Positions 10,912 through 23,269 of a stretch of 64,000 nucleotides of DNA are shown piece after piece; position 1 is the stretch's first letter, and each line of letters starts with the position of its first letter. The notes below the pieces were generated by a model. That model was not told the DNA's origin. It saw nothing but the letters and a program-made list of their open reading frames with translations, and made no database searches. The DNA is from Eledone cirrhosa (lineage: Eukaryota): NCBI GenBank assembly GCA_964016885.1, contig OZ024757.1, positions 8,618,001 through 8,682,000 of the forward strand, given 5' to 3'. A program made the translations under genes and the position numbers.

Positions 10912-13900
10912 CATCATCATCATCATCATCATCACCGTTTTACGTTCATTCTTCCACGCTAGCATGGGTTAGACGGGTTGTCCTGTTGTGGGCAGTGTCT
11001 GGTCGGCTGACCATGCCTTGCTCATACAGGAACTGATCTGGCTTGATTTCTACAGCTGGATGCCCTTCCTAACACCAACCTCATTTACAGTGAGTGCTGG
11101 GTGCTTTTTCGTGGCGCCTACACGTCCACTTTACAGTGTGGGCTGGGTGCTTTTTTGCCGTGGCACCTCCACGACCACCTTGCGGTGGGGGGGGGGGGCA
11201 TATTGTTTATATGCTTCAGCATGTACCCATGGGAGGTCGGGTACCCTGTATTACTGCGTGACGCCAGAAGTCACGGTCGTGTGTCATTGACTTTGAGAGG
11301 TGTAGTTGGGTAAGGTCGGCTTTTATCACCTCATCCCAAGTCATCTTGGGTCTCCCCACTCCGCGGTTTCCATCAACTTCTAGTGCTCTGCACCTTTTTA
11401 TGCAGCTGTCATCCTTCATACGCATCACATGTCCATACCAGCGTAACCGCCTCTCCTGCACACAGCATTTGATTCCTCTTATGCTCAGTCTCTCTCTCAA
11501 TTCCTTTATGCTTTGTCGTTCACGTATATTACTGTTACACATCCATCGGAGCATGCAGGCTTCGTTTCTCTCTAATCTATGTAAGTCTTCCACCTTCAGC
11601 GCCCAGGTCTCACTACCATGCAACATCGCTGTTCGGATACACGCATCATACAGTCTGCCTTTCATTCTGAGGGAGAAGCCTTTTGCAGCTAGCAGTGGTA
11701 GTAGTTCCCTAAACTTCTTCCATCCCGTTCTTACCCTAGTTATTGTACTTTCTGAGCACCCACCTCCGTTGCTAATTCGGTCACCTAGGTAGCAGAAGCT
11801 GTCTACTGTTTCTACAGGGCCCTGCCAGAGATTGGTGGTACTTGTTTCCTGTGGCTGTTTGCTTGCTGTTTCAGCACAGCTGCTGCATGTGAATCCTACA
11901 TTCTTAATTAAGCTTCCTGAGATCCCGCTACATCTCTTGTGTACCCATTGTTTGCATTTGGGGCAGAGAATGGAGTTCCTACCTACACCTTTCCTACATA
12001 CTGAGCAAGGCCATTTCCCTGAGGGGATCTGGGTTCTGTTTTCTCGTCTACTTATAAGGACCTTAGTCTTTGTCATGTTGACTTTGAGGCCCTTTCTCTC
12101 TAGTCCCTGATTCCAGGTTTGGAATTTATTCTCTAGTTCGACCATAGATTCAGCTATGAGTGCGAGGTCATCAGCATACAGGAATTCCCATGGGCATCCG
12201 GTCTTAAACTCCTCCGTTATTGCCTGCAGGACTATGATGAACAGGAGAGGGCTAAGAACAGAGCCCTGGTGGACCCCAACCTGTACGCTAAATTCCTCCC
12301 TATACTCATTGCCAATCCTAACTTTGCTGACTGCTCCCCTATACATGGCTTGTACCGCTTTCACAAGCCATTCATCTACTCCTAGTTTTCTAAGAGCCCA
12401 CCAGATTACTGCACGTGGAACTCTGTCAAAGGCTTTCTCAAGGTCGACAAATGCCAAGTAGAGTGGCTTACTTTTAGCTAGGTACTTTTCCTGTAATTGC
12501 CTCACAAGGAAGAGGGCATCAGTGTTGCCTTTCCCTGGTACAAACCCAAATTGCATCTCGTCTATATTCACCCGGTCCCTAATCAGCTGTGCTATAACTC
12601 TTTCTGTTACTTTCATGACCTGGTCCATCAACTTTATACCTCTATAGTTTCCTCTATCTAGTGCATCACCTTTACCTTTGTAGCAGTTGACAATGATGCT
12701 ACTGCACCAATCTTTTGGTATGGCCCCCTCTAGTATTACCTGGTTAACGATACGTGTGGTTATAGTGTGACCTACAGACCCAGATGCCTTCAGCATCTCG
12801 GCAGCTATACCCGATGGACCGGTTGCCTTCCCTATCTTCATATCTCTGATTGCCTTACTTACTACGCTGCCGCTGACTTGTACTGCTGGTCCCTCTATAG
12901 GGTCTACGTGGGGTAGGGTCTCTTCTTCCCATGCATTCTCCTCATTTAGTAATCTATCATAATGACTCTTCCATGCATCTTTCTTCTCAGCACTTGTGAG
13001 CGCAAGCTCACCTTTATCATTCCGGATACACTTCTCTCCAATGACATCACAACTATCTCTGACACACTGCCTCGCAATCTTGAATACCTCCTGTTTCTGG
13101 TCCTCACGTTGTAAAACATGCTTGAATTTTCTATCCTCTGCTTCCCTCCTAGCTAAGTATACTTGTCGCCTAGCTTCCCTCTTGGTCTCTATGTAATGTA
13201 CCCTGCTCCACCCGTTCTTCCATTCTTTCCATGCCTGTCTCTTGGCCTTGACTGCTTCATCTACCTTATTGTTCCACCACCAAGTCACTCTCCTCCTGCT
13301 TGAGGTCTTACTCCAGCCACAAACCTCATCCGTCGCCTCTAGTAAGTTATTTTTTAGGAACTCCCAGTTCTCTTCTACGTTAAATGTCTCTATCTGTTCT
13401 TCTTTACTGTCGTAGGCGTTGAGTAAAATATCTTTAAGTCTGTTACTGGTTGAGGGGACTTTCAGCTTCCAGATCTTTCTTCTCCAGGTTGGCCTCTGTT
13501 TCAGGGCTCGTCTAGTTCTGACCGTGAGGTCACTGACAACTAAGCTATGTTGGGATGTACATTCCTCACTAGGGAAGGCTTTTGTGTTTACGACCGTCCA
13601 TCTGTCACGTCCTCTGATGAGGATAAAATCTAACTGACTAGAGTGCTCCCCTGATCTATAGGTGATCAGGTGGTTGTCGGGTTTTTTAAAGTTTGTGTTA
13701 CATATCGACATGTCATTGGCGTCGCAGAATTCTAGAAGTCTGAATCCTTCCTCATTTCTTGTGCCAACCCCATGGCCTCCATGTACTCTATTGAAGCCGT
13801 CGCAGTGTTTACCTACGTGTCCGTTAAAATCTCCTGCAATGATTAGGAAGTCCTTGTCGTCTGTTAGAGCAGTAGTGTGTATTAGGGACTCGTAAAACCT

Positions 13901-14340
13901 ATCCTTAAGTTCGTCTGGCAGCCCCGATTGGGGTGCGTAAGCTGATATTATTGTGGTAATTGTCTTATTCAGGACTAGTCTGAGTTTAATGATTCTTGCA
14001 TTTACCCTGTACACTGAGATTACTTTATCTACCCACTTGTCAGCTAATAGTATACCTACACCACCCATCCCATCGTCATTTCCCACCCAGAAAAATTTGT
14101 AGCACTGGCTTTTTCCTACAAGGACTCTAGCAGACCCTCCTCTCCATCTAGTCTCTTGCACACAGCATACATCAACTTCCTTTTGCTCTAGCATTTCTAC
14201 GATTTCTCCTGCTCTTCCTTTCATTGAGCCTACATTGATGGTACCAACTCGGAGTTTTGGGCATTTGTCGACACTCGTAGGGGAGGGTCTCTGGGTTGGC
14301 CCTTCACATGGGTGCTTGGTAGCTCGCAGATTCATATTTC
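10912..14340 (-). mobile_element. RTE-clade LINE, second subfamily, 5' UTR absent
   Basis: (CAT)n tail at 10912-10933, intact ORF, TA-rich flanks. Confidence 0.92.
11216..14335 (-). CDS. RTE LINE protein (APE + RT + PHD-type finger), 1039 aa
   Basis: TINVG, VQETRW, GDFNG, DLEKAFD and YADD motifs; colinear with 4661-8269 but clearly diverged. Confidence 0.93.
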   Translation of the reverse strand: MNLRATKHPCEGPTQRPSPTSVDKCPKLRVGTINVGSMKGRAGEIVEMLEQKEVDVCCVQETRWRGGSARVLVGKSQCYKFFWVGNDDGMGGVGILLADKWVDKVISVYRVNARIIKLRLVLNKTITTIISAYAPQSGLPDELKDRFYESLIHTTALTDDKDFLIIAGDFNGHVGKHCDGFNRVHGGHGVGTRNEEGFRLLEFCDANDMSICNTNFKKPDNHLITYRSGEHSSQLDFILIRGRDRWTVVNTKAFPSEECTSQHSLVVSDLTVRTRRALKQRPTWRRKIWKLKVPSTSNRLKDILLNAYDSKEEQIETFNVEENWEFLKNNLLEATDEVCGWSKTSSRRRVTWWWNNKVDEAVKAKRQAWKEWKNGWSRVHYIETKREARRQVYLARREAEDRKFKHVLQREDQKQEVFKIARQCVRDSCDVIGEKCIRNDKGELALTSAEKKDAWKSHYDRLLNEENAWEEETLPHVDPIEGPAVQVSGSVVSKAIRDMKIGKATGPSGIAAEMLKASGSVGHTITTRIVNQVILEGAIPKDWCSSIIVNCYKGKGDALDRGNYRGIKLMDQVMKVTERVIAQLIRDRVNIDEMQFGFVPGKGNTDALFLVRQLQEKYLAKSKPLYLAFVDLEKAFDRVPRAVIWWALRKLGVDEWLVKAVQAMYRGAVSKVRIGNEYREEFSVQVGVHQGSVLSPLLFIIVLQAITEEFKTGCPWEFLYADDLALIAESMVELENKFQTWNQGLERKGLKVNMTKTKVLISRRENRTQIPSGKWPCSVCRKGVGRNSILCPKCKQWVHKRCSGISGSLIKNVGFTCSSCAETASKQPQETSTTNLWQGPVETVDSFCYLGDRISNGGGCSESTITRVRTGWKKFRELLPLLAAKGFSLRMKGRLYDACIRTAMLHGSETWALKVEDLHRLERNEACMLRWMCNSNIRERQSIKELRERLSIRGIKCCVQERRLRWYGHVMRMKDDSCIKRCRALEVDGNRGVGRPKMTWDEVIKADLTQLHLSKSMTHDRDFWRHAVIQGTRPPMGTC

Positions 14341-14376
14341 ATATACATATATATATATATGTATATGTATGTATAT

Positions 14377-14520
14377 GGAGGCACATGGCTTAGTGGTTAG
14401 AGCATTGGGCTTGCAATCGAAAGGTTGTGAGTTGAATTCTCAGACCGTGTGATGTGTTGTTTCCTTGAGCAAGACACTTCATTTCACATTGCTCCAGTTT
14501 ACTCAGCTGTAGAAACGAGA
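14377..14520 (+). mobile_element. tRNA-derived SINE (CORE/Meta-like central domain)
   Basis: A box TGGCTTAGTGG, B-box-like GTTGAATTC, then TCCTTGAGCAAGACACTT. Confidence 0.75.
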
Positions 14521-14544
14521 TGATAGGACTGGGGTCCTTATCAT

Positions 14545-14765
14545 TCCACTGCAAAGTGGTCGTGGAGGTGCCACGGCAAAAATAGCACCCAGCCCACACT
14601 GTAAAGTGGACGTGTAGGCGCCACGGCAAAAAAGCACCCAGCACTCACTGTAAATGAGGTTGGTGTTAGGAAGGGCATCCAGCTGTAGAGATCAAGCCAG
14701 AATCAGTTCCCATCCCACCCTTGCAAGCAGGGAAAAGCGGATGTAAAATGATGATGATGATGATT
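14545..14765 (+). mobile_element. RTE 3' UTR fragment with (GAT)n tail
   Basis: Reverse complement of the 3' UTR at ~11030-11180. Confidence 0.8.
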
Positions 14766-15693
14766 GATGAACATTTATTATGGTGAAATATGTTGGAAAT
14801 CATTCTCAGATGTTTTGTATTGTAATTAACAAATACATCCTGTAGAAAGTACCCCTTCATATTACTTGTCATTAAGGGCTATTACAGAGACACAATCTCA
14901 TTTCATTGTTGAGGGTGGTGGATTGGCAGAATCAGTAGAGTGTCAGACGATATGTCATATAGTTACATCCCTTTACATTCTGAATTAAAATCCTACTGAG
15001 GTTAGCTTTAATTTTCTTCCTCACAGGTTCAGTAAAATAATTGTTTCTACTATTGGCACAAGGCCAGCAATTACCCAGTGCAATTCTGGTACTTTATTTT
15101 ATCGACCCCGTAAGGATGAGTTCATAGACTGACCAAGTTACTCTCATGGAATGAGACAATGTATACATACAAATATATACTATATATATGTATACAAACA
15201 CATATATATTGTATAGTGAAGTCATACAACATATGGTAATATCATGTTTTCAATTGTCAGTTAGGGAGGTACATTGTGTCCTTAAGCAAGACACATCATT
15301 CCACATGTCTCTAATCTCCACAGCTGAAAAAGACAAGTATCAGCTTTAGTTGGAGGTTTAGCATGGGTTGGATCATTCCCGGCCTCCAACATTTTCCCTG
15401 CAGCCACAAACCCAGGCTTTACTACCTGTAATATAAGAGAAGAGGGAGATAGTTAAATACCGGGGCCTGACAAACCACTTCCTCTTTGTCCCCACACTGC
15501 TGATTTCCTCCTCAAAATTAGAAAGACAGCAGACTACTTGAGGAAGTAGTCCCATGAGGTGGGGTGGATGTTGTAGTGGGTGTCTCTGGCTATTCTCTGT
15601 GGTAACACCTTTGCCATTTTGTCTGTAGGGTGGGGCTGAATCACAGCTCAGACTGAAATATAAAGTCTGTCCCTCTCCCGTTATTTTCGTTGC

Positions 15694-15873
15694 ATTGGCA
15701 GTATCGGTAGAGCGTTGGACGCCATGCTTTGTAGCATAGAGTTTCCTCCCTTTATGATCTGAGTTCAAATCCCGCCGAGGTTAACTTTGCGTTTCATCCT
15801 TACGAGGTCGATAAAATAAAGTACCAGTAATGCACTAGGATGATTGCTGGCCTTGTGCCAAAAGTAGAAACAA
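15694..15873 (+). mobile_element. Nin/Deu-domain SINE with TSD
   Basis: GTTCAAATCCCGCCGAGGTTAACTTTGCGTTTCATCC; TSD TTATTTTCGTTGC; empty site at ~23045. Confidence 0.85.
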
Positions 15874-16230
15874 TTATTTTCGTTGCTTGATTCGTTTGGT
15901 TTTTTTTTCCATTACTTAAATATTTTATTACCTTTAATAATGTGTTTTAGTTTAATATGAACAGTTATATAAAATTAATAATGTTATTTATTCAAATCTG
16001 AATAAAGTACTAGCATATCTATTGAACGTATGAATCTAAACTATAATAAAAGGAGGAGTGCGGGACTTGTACGGTTTATAAATTGTTATCCCATTAGTAA
16101 AATAAGTTGGATTACTTTGAATAAATAATGAATGAATATTACATAATTTATCTACTAAATTTCGTGGCTGTTGATTAAATATATTTTGTTTATTTAAAGA
16201 TTCACTTCTTTAAAATTTCTGAAATGTCAA

Positions 16231-16248
16231 CACTTCCGGTTGGCCATC
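16231..16248. promoter_or_regulatory. ETS motif (CACTTCCGG), candidate ZNF promoter
   Basis: CACTTCCGGTTGGCCAT lies ~1.6 kb upstream of the ZNF ATG and is identical at 27981 upstream of the paralog. Confidence 0.35.
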
Positions 16249-16403
16249 ACTTCAATAAACTATTAATTTTCTGTCACTAATTTTCTCCTAATGCAGTTTA
16301 TATATAATATCGTCTTTTTTAATGTATCATGGATTACGTTACTGATTACATAAGACAGTGTAACACAGTCTTCGTTCAATTTCTGTGTATTATATATTGT
16401 CAA

Positions 16404-16598
16404 GGCGGTGGATTGGCAGTATTGGCAGTATTGGTAGAGGGTCGGACGCCATGCTTTGACGCATAGAGTTACGGCCCTTACCATTCTGAGTTCAAATCCC
16501 ACAGAGGTTAACTTTGCCTTTCATCCTTACGGGGTCGATAACATAAAGTACCAGTAATGCACAGGGTATTTGCTGGCCTTGTGCCTAACGTAGAAACA
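16404..16598 (+). mobile_element. Nin/Deu-domain SINE with TSD
   Basis: TSD ATTATATATTGT(C/A)AA; empty site at ~28139 in the paralog. Confidence 0.85.
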
Positions 16599-17789
16599 AT
16601 TATATATTGTAAATTATGATTTTATTTGATGTATCATATCTACATGTATATATATATATACTTGCGTATAATATCAATATACACACTACACATGCTATCA
16701 GAAAACCACCCGAAGCTAGCATGTGTAGTGTGTATATTGATATTATACGCAGGTATATATATACATGTATCATATATACCTGCGTATAATATCAATATAC
16801 ACACTACACATGCTACCTTCGAGTGGTTTTCTGCAAGTTCATATAACGGAAGTTGTTTCTGAATGTATTAAATTATGTAGGGGACTTTTAAGTCATGACA
16901 CCGGTGTCAACTAGACGGTGAAATATTACCATTTATATCAGCTCCATTGTTACAACTTAAACCTCATCTAATTTTATCTTTTATGGTGATTATTTCATAT
17001 TAAGGTGGACGTTAATGTTTGTAAATAACATAAGGTGACTTATTTACCTTATAGTTGTTGTTTTATCACCTGTATTATTAAATATTGAAGGGGTTGTTCA
17101 ACATTTTACAGGACAGGAAAATATTATTTTAATCAGAAATCAGTGAACATTTAGTTTTTACTAACTTTTCTTGACTTTATATTTGGTCTTGACAACTAAA
17201 GTACGTATTATTTCCTTTTCCACCTCAACCCAAACATTGTGAACTTTTCTATCTGAAGTGAAATATCTTGATTTATTACAACACCTACACACATATTTCT
17301 ACACACACGTCTATTACTCTCTCTCATACCTACACACTGTATGTCTGTATATATATATATATATGTATATATATTAACCTTCTTTTGTAATTATGGATAT
17401 TAATTCTCTTGTCACCTGAACTGTCCTCAATAACAAGAACCTTAACTATAGAAGTCTTATTCGTCTGTTTTATGAGCTGAGGATTTTATTGTGAATAGTG
17501 CTTCTCTCACCTTAACAATAATAATAGTGGAATATTCCACAATAATCACACACACACACACACATATATATATATAAGCACTTGCCTTTTCTTCATCCAA
17601 GATCAGTCTTACGCTGACATATGTCTTATTACTTGTACCAACTAAATGCAACATTACAACTTTGTAGAAGAAGAAAGTGGACTTCTGCAGTCTTTTATGG
17701 ACACTCTGTATATTAGAATACATGGCATCTATTAACCATACCTACATATCTTAATGTATCAGTAAAAGTGGTCAGAATCCTTTATGTAA

Positions 17790-19059
<1,270 letters not shown>

Positions 19060-19154
19060 ACCCCATCACTGTGAAATGTGAAACACACATATACAGACAC
19101 ACTCTGGAAGGAAGAATATAAAATGTGAAGCTTGAAAAATCCTTATCTTATACT

Positions 19155-19600
19155 TATCATCATCACCGTTTTACGTCATGTGACCTCGTCTTGCTCGTAC
19201 GGGAACTGATTTTGGCTTGATTTCTACAACTTGATGTCCTTCTTAACACAAAACCTCATTTACTGTGTGTGCTAGGTGCTTTTTTTTACCATGGTGCCTA
19301 CACAGCCACTTTACTCTGGGGGCTGGGGGCTTTTTTGTTGACCACTTTGCAGTGGGTGGGGATGGGGACATATTTGTCTATATGCTTCAGCTTTGGCTTG
19401 TAGCCGTGTGAAGTCAGGTCTTCTGTATTACTGCATGATGCCAGAGGGCACCGTCCTGCGTCATCGCTTTTGAGAGGTGCAATTGGGCAAGGTCAGCTTT
19501 TATCACCTCATCCCGGGTCTTCCTGGATCTCCCCACTCCGTGGCTTCCAGCGACATTTAGTGCTCTGCACCTTTTAATGCAGCTGTCATCCTTCATACAC
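19155..19600 (-). mobile_element. RTE 3' fragment downstream of the ZNF gene
   Basis: MKDDSCIKRCRAL...GRSRKT translation and (CAT)n tail; paralog at 29905-30400. Confidence 0.8.
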
Positions 19601-20004
19601 ATCTATATATATATACTCTATCAAATGGAAGAAGTATACTGCCATATATTGAAGATTACTACAATAACTAGGGAGCGAAGGACAAGATATGCCAGACATT
19701 CCTACTGAAGAAGGGATGACCTGATGAGCTGGCTCCTGTGGTGGATACCTAAACATAGTAAGACCCTAGTGAGATGACTGAAAATGACCTACATAGATCA
19801 GATGTCTAGGGATGTTCAGGTAGGGATTAATGATCTCAAGAATGCCACGAAATAATATATATTAATGAACATTTATTATGGTGAAATATGTTGGAAATTA
19901 TTCTCAGGTTTTGTATTGTAATCCACAAATACACCCTGTAAAATGTTCTACTTCATATTTGTCATTAAGGTTTCTTATAGAGACACAATCTTATTTTATT
20001 GGTG

Positions 20005-20330
20005 ATGGTGGTGGTTTGGCAGAATCAGTAGAGTGTCAGACGATATGCTTTGTGTCATATAGTTACATCCCTTTACGTTCTGTATTAAAAACCTGCTGAG
20101 GTTAGCTTTACTCTTCTTCCTCAGGTTCAGTAAAATAAAGTACCAGTAATGCACTGGGGTTGAGTTAAAAGTAGAAACATTTATTTAAAGTCTATAAAAC
20201 AATGGATGGAATGCTTTCTGCCATATTTGTTCTGGTTCTCTGCTCTCTGAATTTAAATCCTGCTGAGGTCAACTTTGCCTTTCATCCATTCAAGGTTGAT
20301 AACAAAAAAGTACCAGTCTACCACTGGGGT
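20005..20330 (+). mobile_element. Two decayed Nin/Deu-domain SINEs
   Basis: TTGGCAGAATCAGTAGAG head and GAGGTCAACTTTGCCTTTCATCC core; paralogs at 30810-31130 and 56750-57075. Confidence 0.7.
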
Positions 20331-21069
20331 CTGTTCTTCCTCCCTATATTTCTTTCTCACATCCTCTCTCTCATTCTCTCTCCTCCTCTGGAAGAAATCA
20401 CCTGTCCCAACCTGGTGAGTGAAGGGTTCCACCAAGCTTCAAATGTCCACAGTGACACCCTTATAACTCCATCAGTGCAAGAAAAACAAAACAAGATTGA
20501 TGTGTTTATATGTGTTATTTTACAAACACTAACTGATTTATGTTTATATTTATGAAAAAAATATCCACATTTTTGTGTAAATAAAAACAATTTTATAACT
20601 TTAATATTTGTTGATGGTACTTTCATGACAGTTGAAATTATGACTTTTTTTTAGAAATAATTCACATTTGAAAATACTTTACAACTTTCTTCTCTTGCCA
20701 AACAAAGGTTTGGTAGGACCCTTCAGTTGTGTCAAAGACATGACAACCTCTTTAGTACTGGTGCCACAATAAAATACACTCAGTAGAATGTAGAATAACC
20801 ACTGCCCCCTGGTTTGTAAAGACCTGTCCCACCCTTGCTAGCAGGGAAAGTAGACATTAAATGATGATCTATGATGTCATTGGTGCCAAGCTGTTTCAGC
20901 TATTCCCTTGGACAACATTATATATAATGTGTATGTAGTATATTTATAGTTTATATGTAGCATATACTCTATATATGCAGTATTTATATATAGTGTATAT
21001 ATTGTGTATATGTAGCACATACACTCTATACATAGTATTTATATATATAGTGTATATTTTGTGTATCAT

Positions 21070-21660
21070 CATTACATCTGATATCCATGCTTGCATGGGT
21101 TGTACAGGTCCTTCTTAGCACGACTTCTCTCCACTAGATGCGTTCCAGTCTTCATGATTTGAGTTAAGCTCTCACAACATTTGCCCCTGATTTTCTTGGT
21201 CATCCTCTCCTGCAGCTTCCTTCCACTAGGATTTCCTCAGCTAGTCCAAGCTCTGTATTTCTCTAACATATACGTTGCAGATCCAACAAAACATGGCTGC
21301 TTCATTTTTCTCCAGCATAATAGTATCACCTGCAGTCAGGGCCATGTTTCTCTACCATGCAGTATTGTGCACTTCACACAGGCTTTATATACCCTTTCTT
21401 TTGTGTGTAGGGAGAAACCTTATGTTATCAGCAGTAGTAGTTCACTAAACTTCCATCCTATCCTTATTCAAGCCATCATACTCTTGGCACACCCTCCTCT
21501 GCTGCTGATTAGGTCACCTAGATAGCAGAAGCTATCAACCACATCTGTAGATCCTTCCTGTGACTGGAAACGGTTTATAACAGTAGCACTCTTCCTCTCA
21601 ATTTCTGCTGTGCCTCGTCTACATGCAAAGTTCTCCCTTCCTGTTAGACTACTCATTACA
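21070..21660 (-). mobile_element. Old decayed RTE fragment
   Basis: VVDSFCYLGDLISSRGGC translation is homologous to the RTE C-terminal region. Confidence 0.7.
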
Positions 21661-22059
21661 TCTTTTGCGTACTATATATACTGTATATATACATATGTGT
21701 GTATATATATGTATATGTGTAGCGAAATCTATCTACACGTTGATACCTGGGTCAGATTTAACGGTCAATTTCTGGGTTATCTCGTTTTGGCCATCAACAG
21801 GTCTGAGATTGGGCGACCTCAAAAGGTCAGCCCTTATTTTTCAAGCCTTGGAGACAGAGGACGTGACATAGATAAATAGTCTGCCTTAGATCAGGTCAAG
21901 CAGTTTAGAGCATTTCTTGATAGAGTAAACATGTAAACTATTGCTTTCCACAGACCCCTTTGGTCTCAGTGACTCTTACTCTCTCTCTTTCACCCAATCT
22001 CTCTCAACCCAGCCAGTGAAGTTCAGGAAGTTTTCTTGATAAATATATATATATATATG

Positions 22060-22482
22060 TAAAGACCTTCCTTCCCTACGTACAAAGCTAACCTACACTC
22101 AGTAGGCGCCTCTTAACCAAATATACACCCCAACCCACTACCCCTACTCCATTCTCCCACTCCCACCAACACCACCCTTTCTCTGTAAAGCTATGTTGGT
22201 ACCAGAACATCCCATCCAAACTAAAGTGGTCATGCAGGTGTCATGACTAAAATAACACCCAGTCCACACTGTAAAGTGGTCGTGTAGGATACACGGTAAA
22301 AAGGTTCCCAGTCTATACTGTAAATGTGGTTGGTGTCAGAAAGGGCATCCAGCCCTAGAAAACCTACCAGATACAGTCCTATACAAGAGAGACAGGGTCA
22401 CCCAATCAATCTTGCCACAAGTGGGACAATTCCCGCTTAACCCTTCCTAGCGTGGAAGATAGACGTTGAACGATGATGATGA

Positions 22483-22485
<3 letters not shown>
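22060..22485 (+). mobile_element. RTE 3' UTR fragment
   Basis: Matches the RTE 3' UTR, ends in (GAT)n, lies within (TA)n. Confidence 0.8.
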
Positions 22486-22535
<50 letters not shown>

Positions 22536-23269
22536 TATGTACTCACAAACATATTTATAAATGTGTATACAAACGCATATATATATATAGGGATGTCATA
22601 CATCCTATTATGTGTTCAATTCTCAGCTAGGGAGGTACTTTGTGTCCTTAAGCAAGACACATCATTCCACATGTCTCTAATCTCCACAGCTGAAAAAGAC
22701 AAGTATCAGCTTTAGTTGGAGGTTTAGCATGGGTTGGATCATTCTCTGCCTCCAACATTTTCCCTGCGACCACAAACCCTGGCTTCACTAACTGCAATAG
22801 AGAGAAGAGGGAGATAGTTAAATACTGGGGCCTGACTAACCACTTCCTATTTGTCCCCACACTGCTGATTTCCTTCTCAAAATTAGAAAGACAGCAGCCC
22901 CCTTGAGGAAGTAGTCCCATGAGGTGGGGTGGATGTTGTAGTGGGTGTTTCTGGCTATTCTCTGTGGTAACACATTTGCCTTTTTGTCTGTAGGGTGGGG
23001 CTGAATCACAGCTCGACTGGAATATAAAGTCTGTCCCTCTCCCGTTATTTTCATTGCTTGATTCGTTTTTTTTTCCATTATTTAAATATTTTATTACCTT
23101 TAATAATGTGTTTTGTTTTAATATGAACAGTTATATAAAATAATGTTATTTATACAAATCGAAATAAAGATGACCAATCTTGCCTCAAGTGGGACAATTC
23201 CCATCTAAACCCATGCTAGCCAGGAAGATAGACGTTAAACGATGATGATGATGATATATATATATATAT

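Noticed and set aside
5002-13895. Short antisense ORFs overlapping the RTE ORFs
   Set aside because: They are shadow frames with no independent motifs.
14377-14450. tRNA gene
   Set aside because: The cloverleaf is imperfect and the sequence continues into a SINE body.
19715-19810. CTGATGAG as a hammerhead core
   Set aside because: No stem II/GAAA arrangement; the context looks like a decayed LINE C-terminus (WIPKH...TYIDQ).
21718-22035. Possible solo LTR starting TGTAG
   Set aside because: No terminal CA, TSD, PBS or second copy was found.
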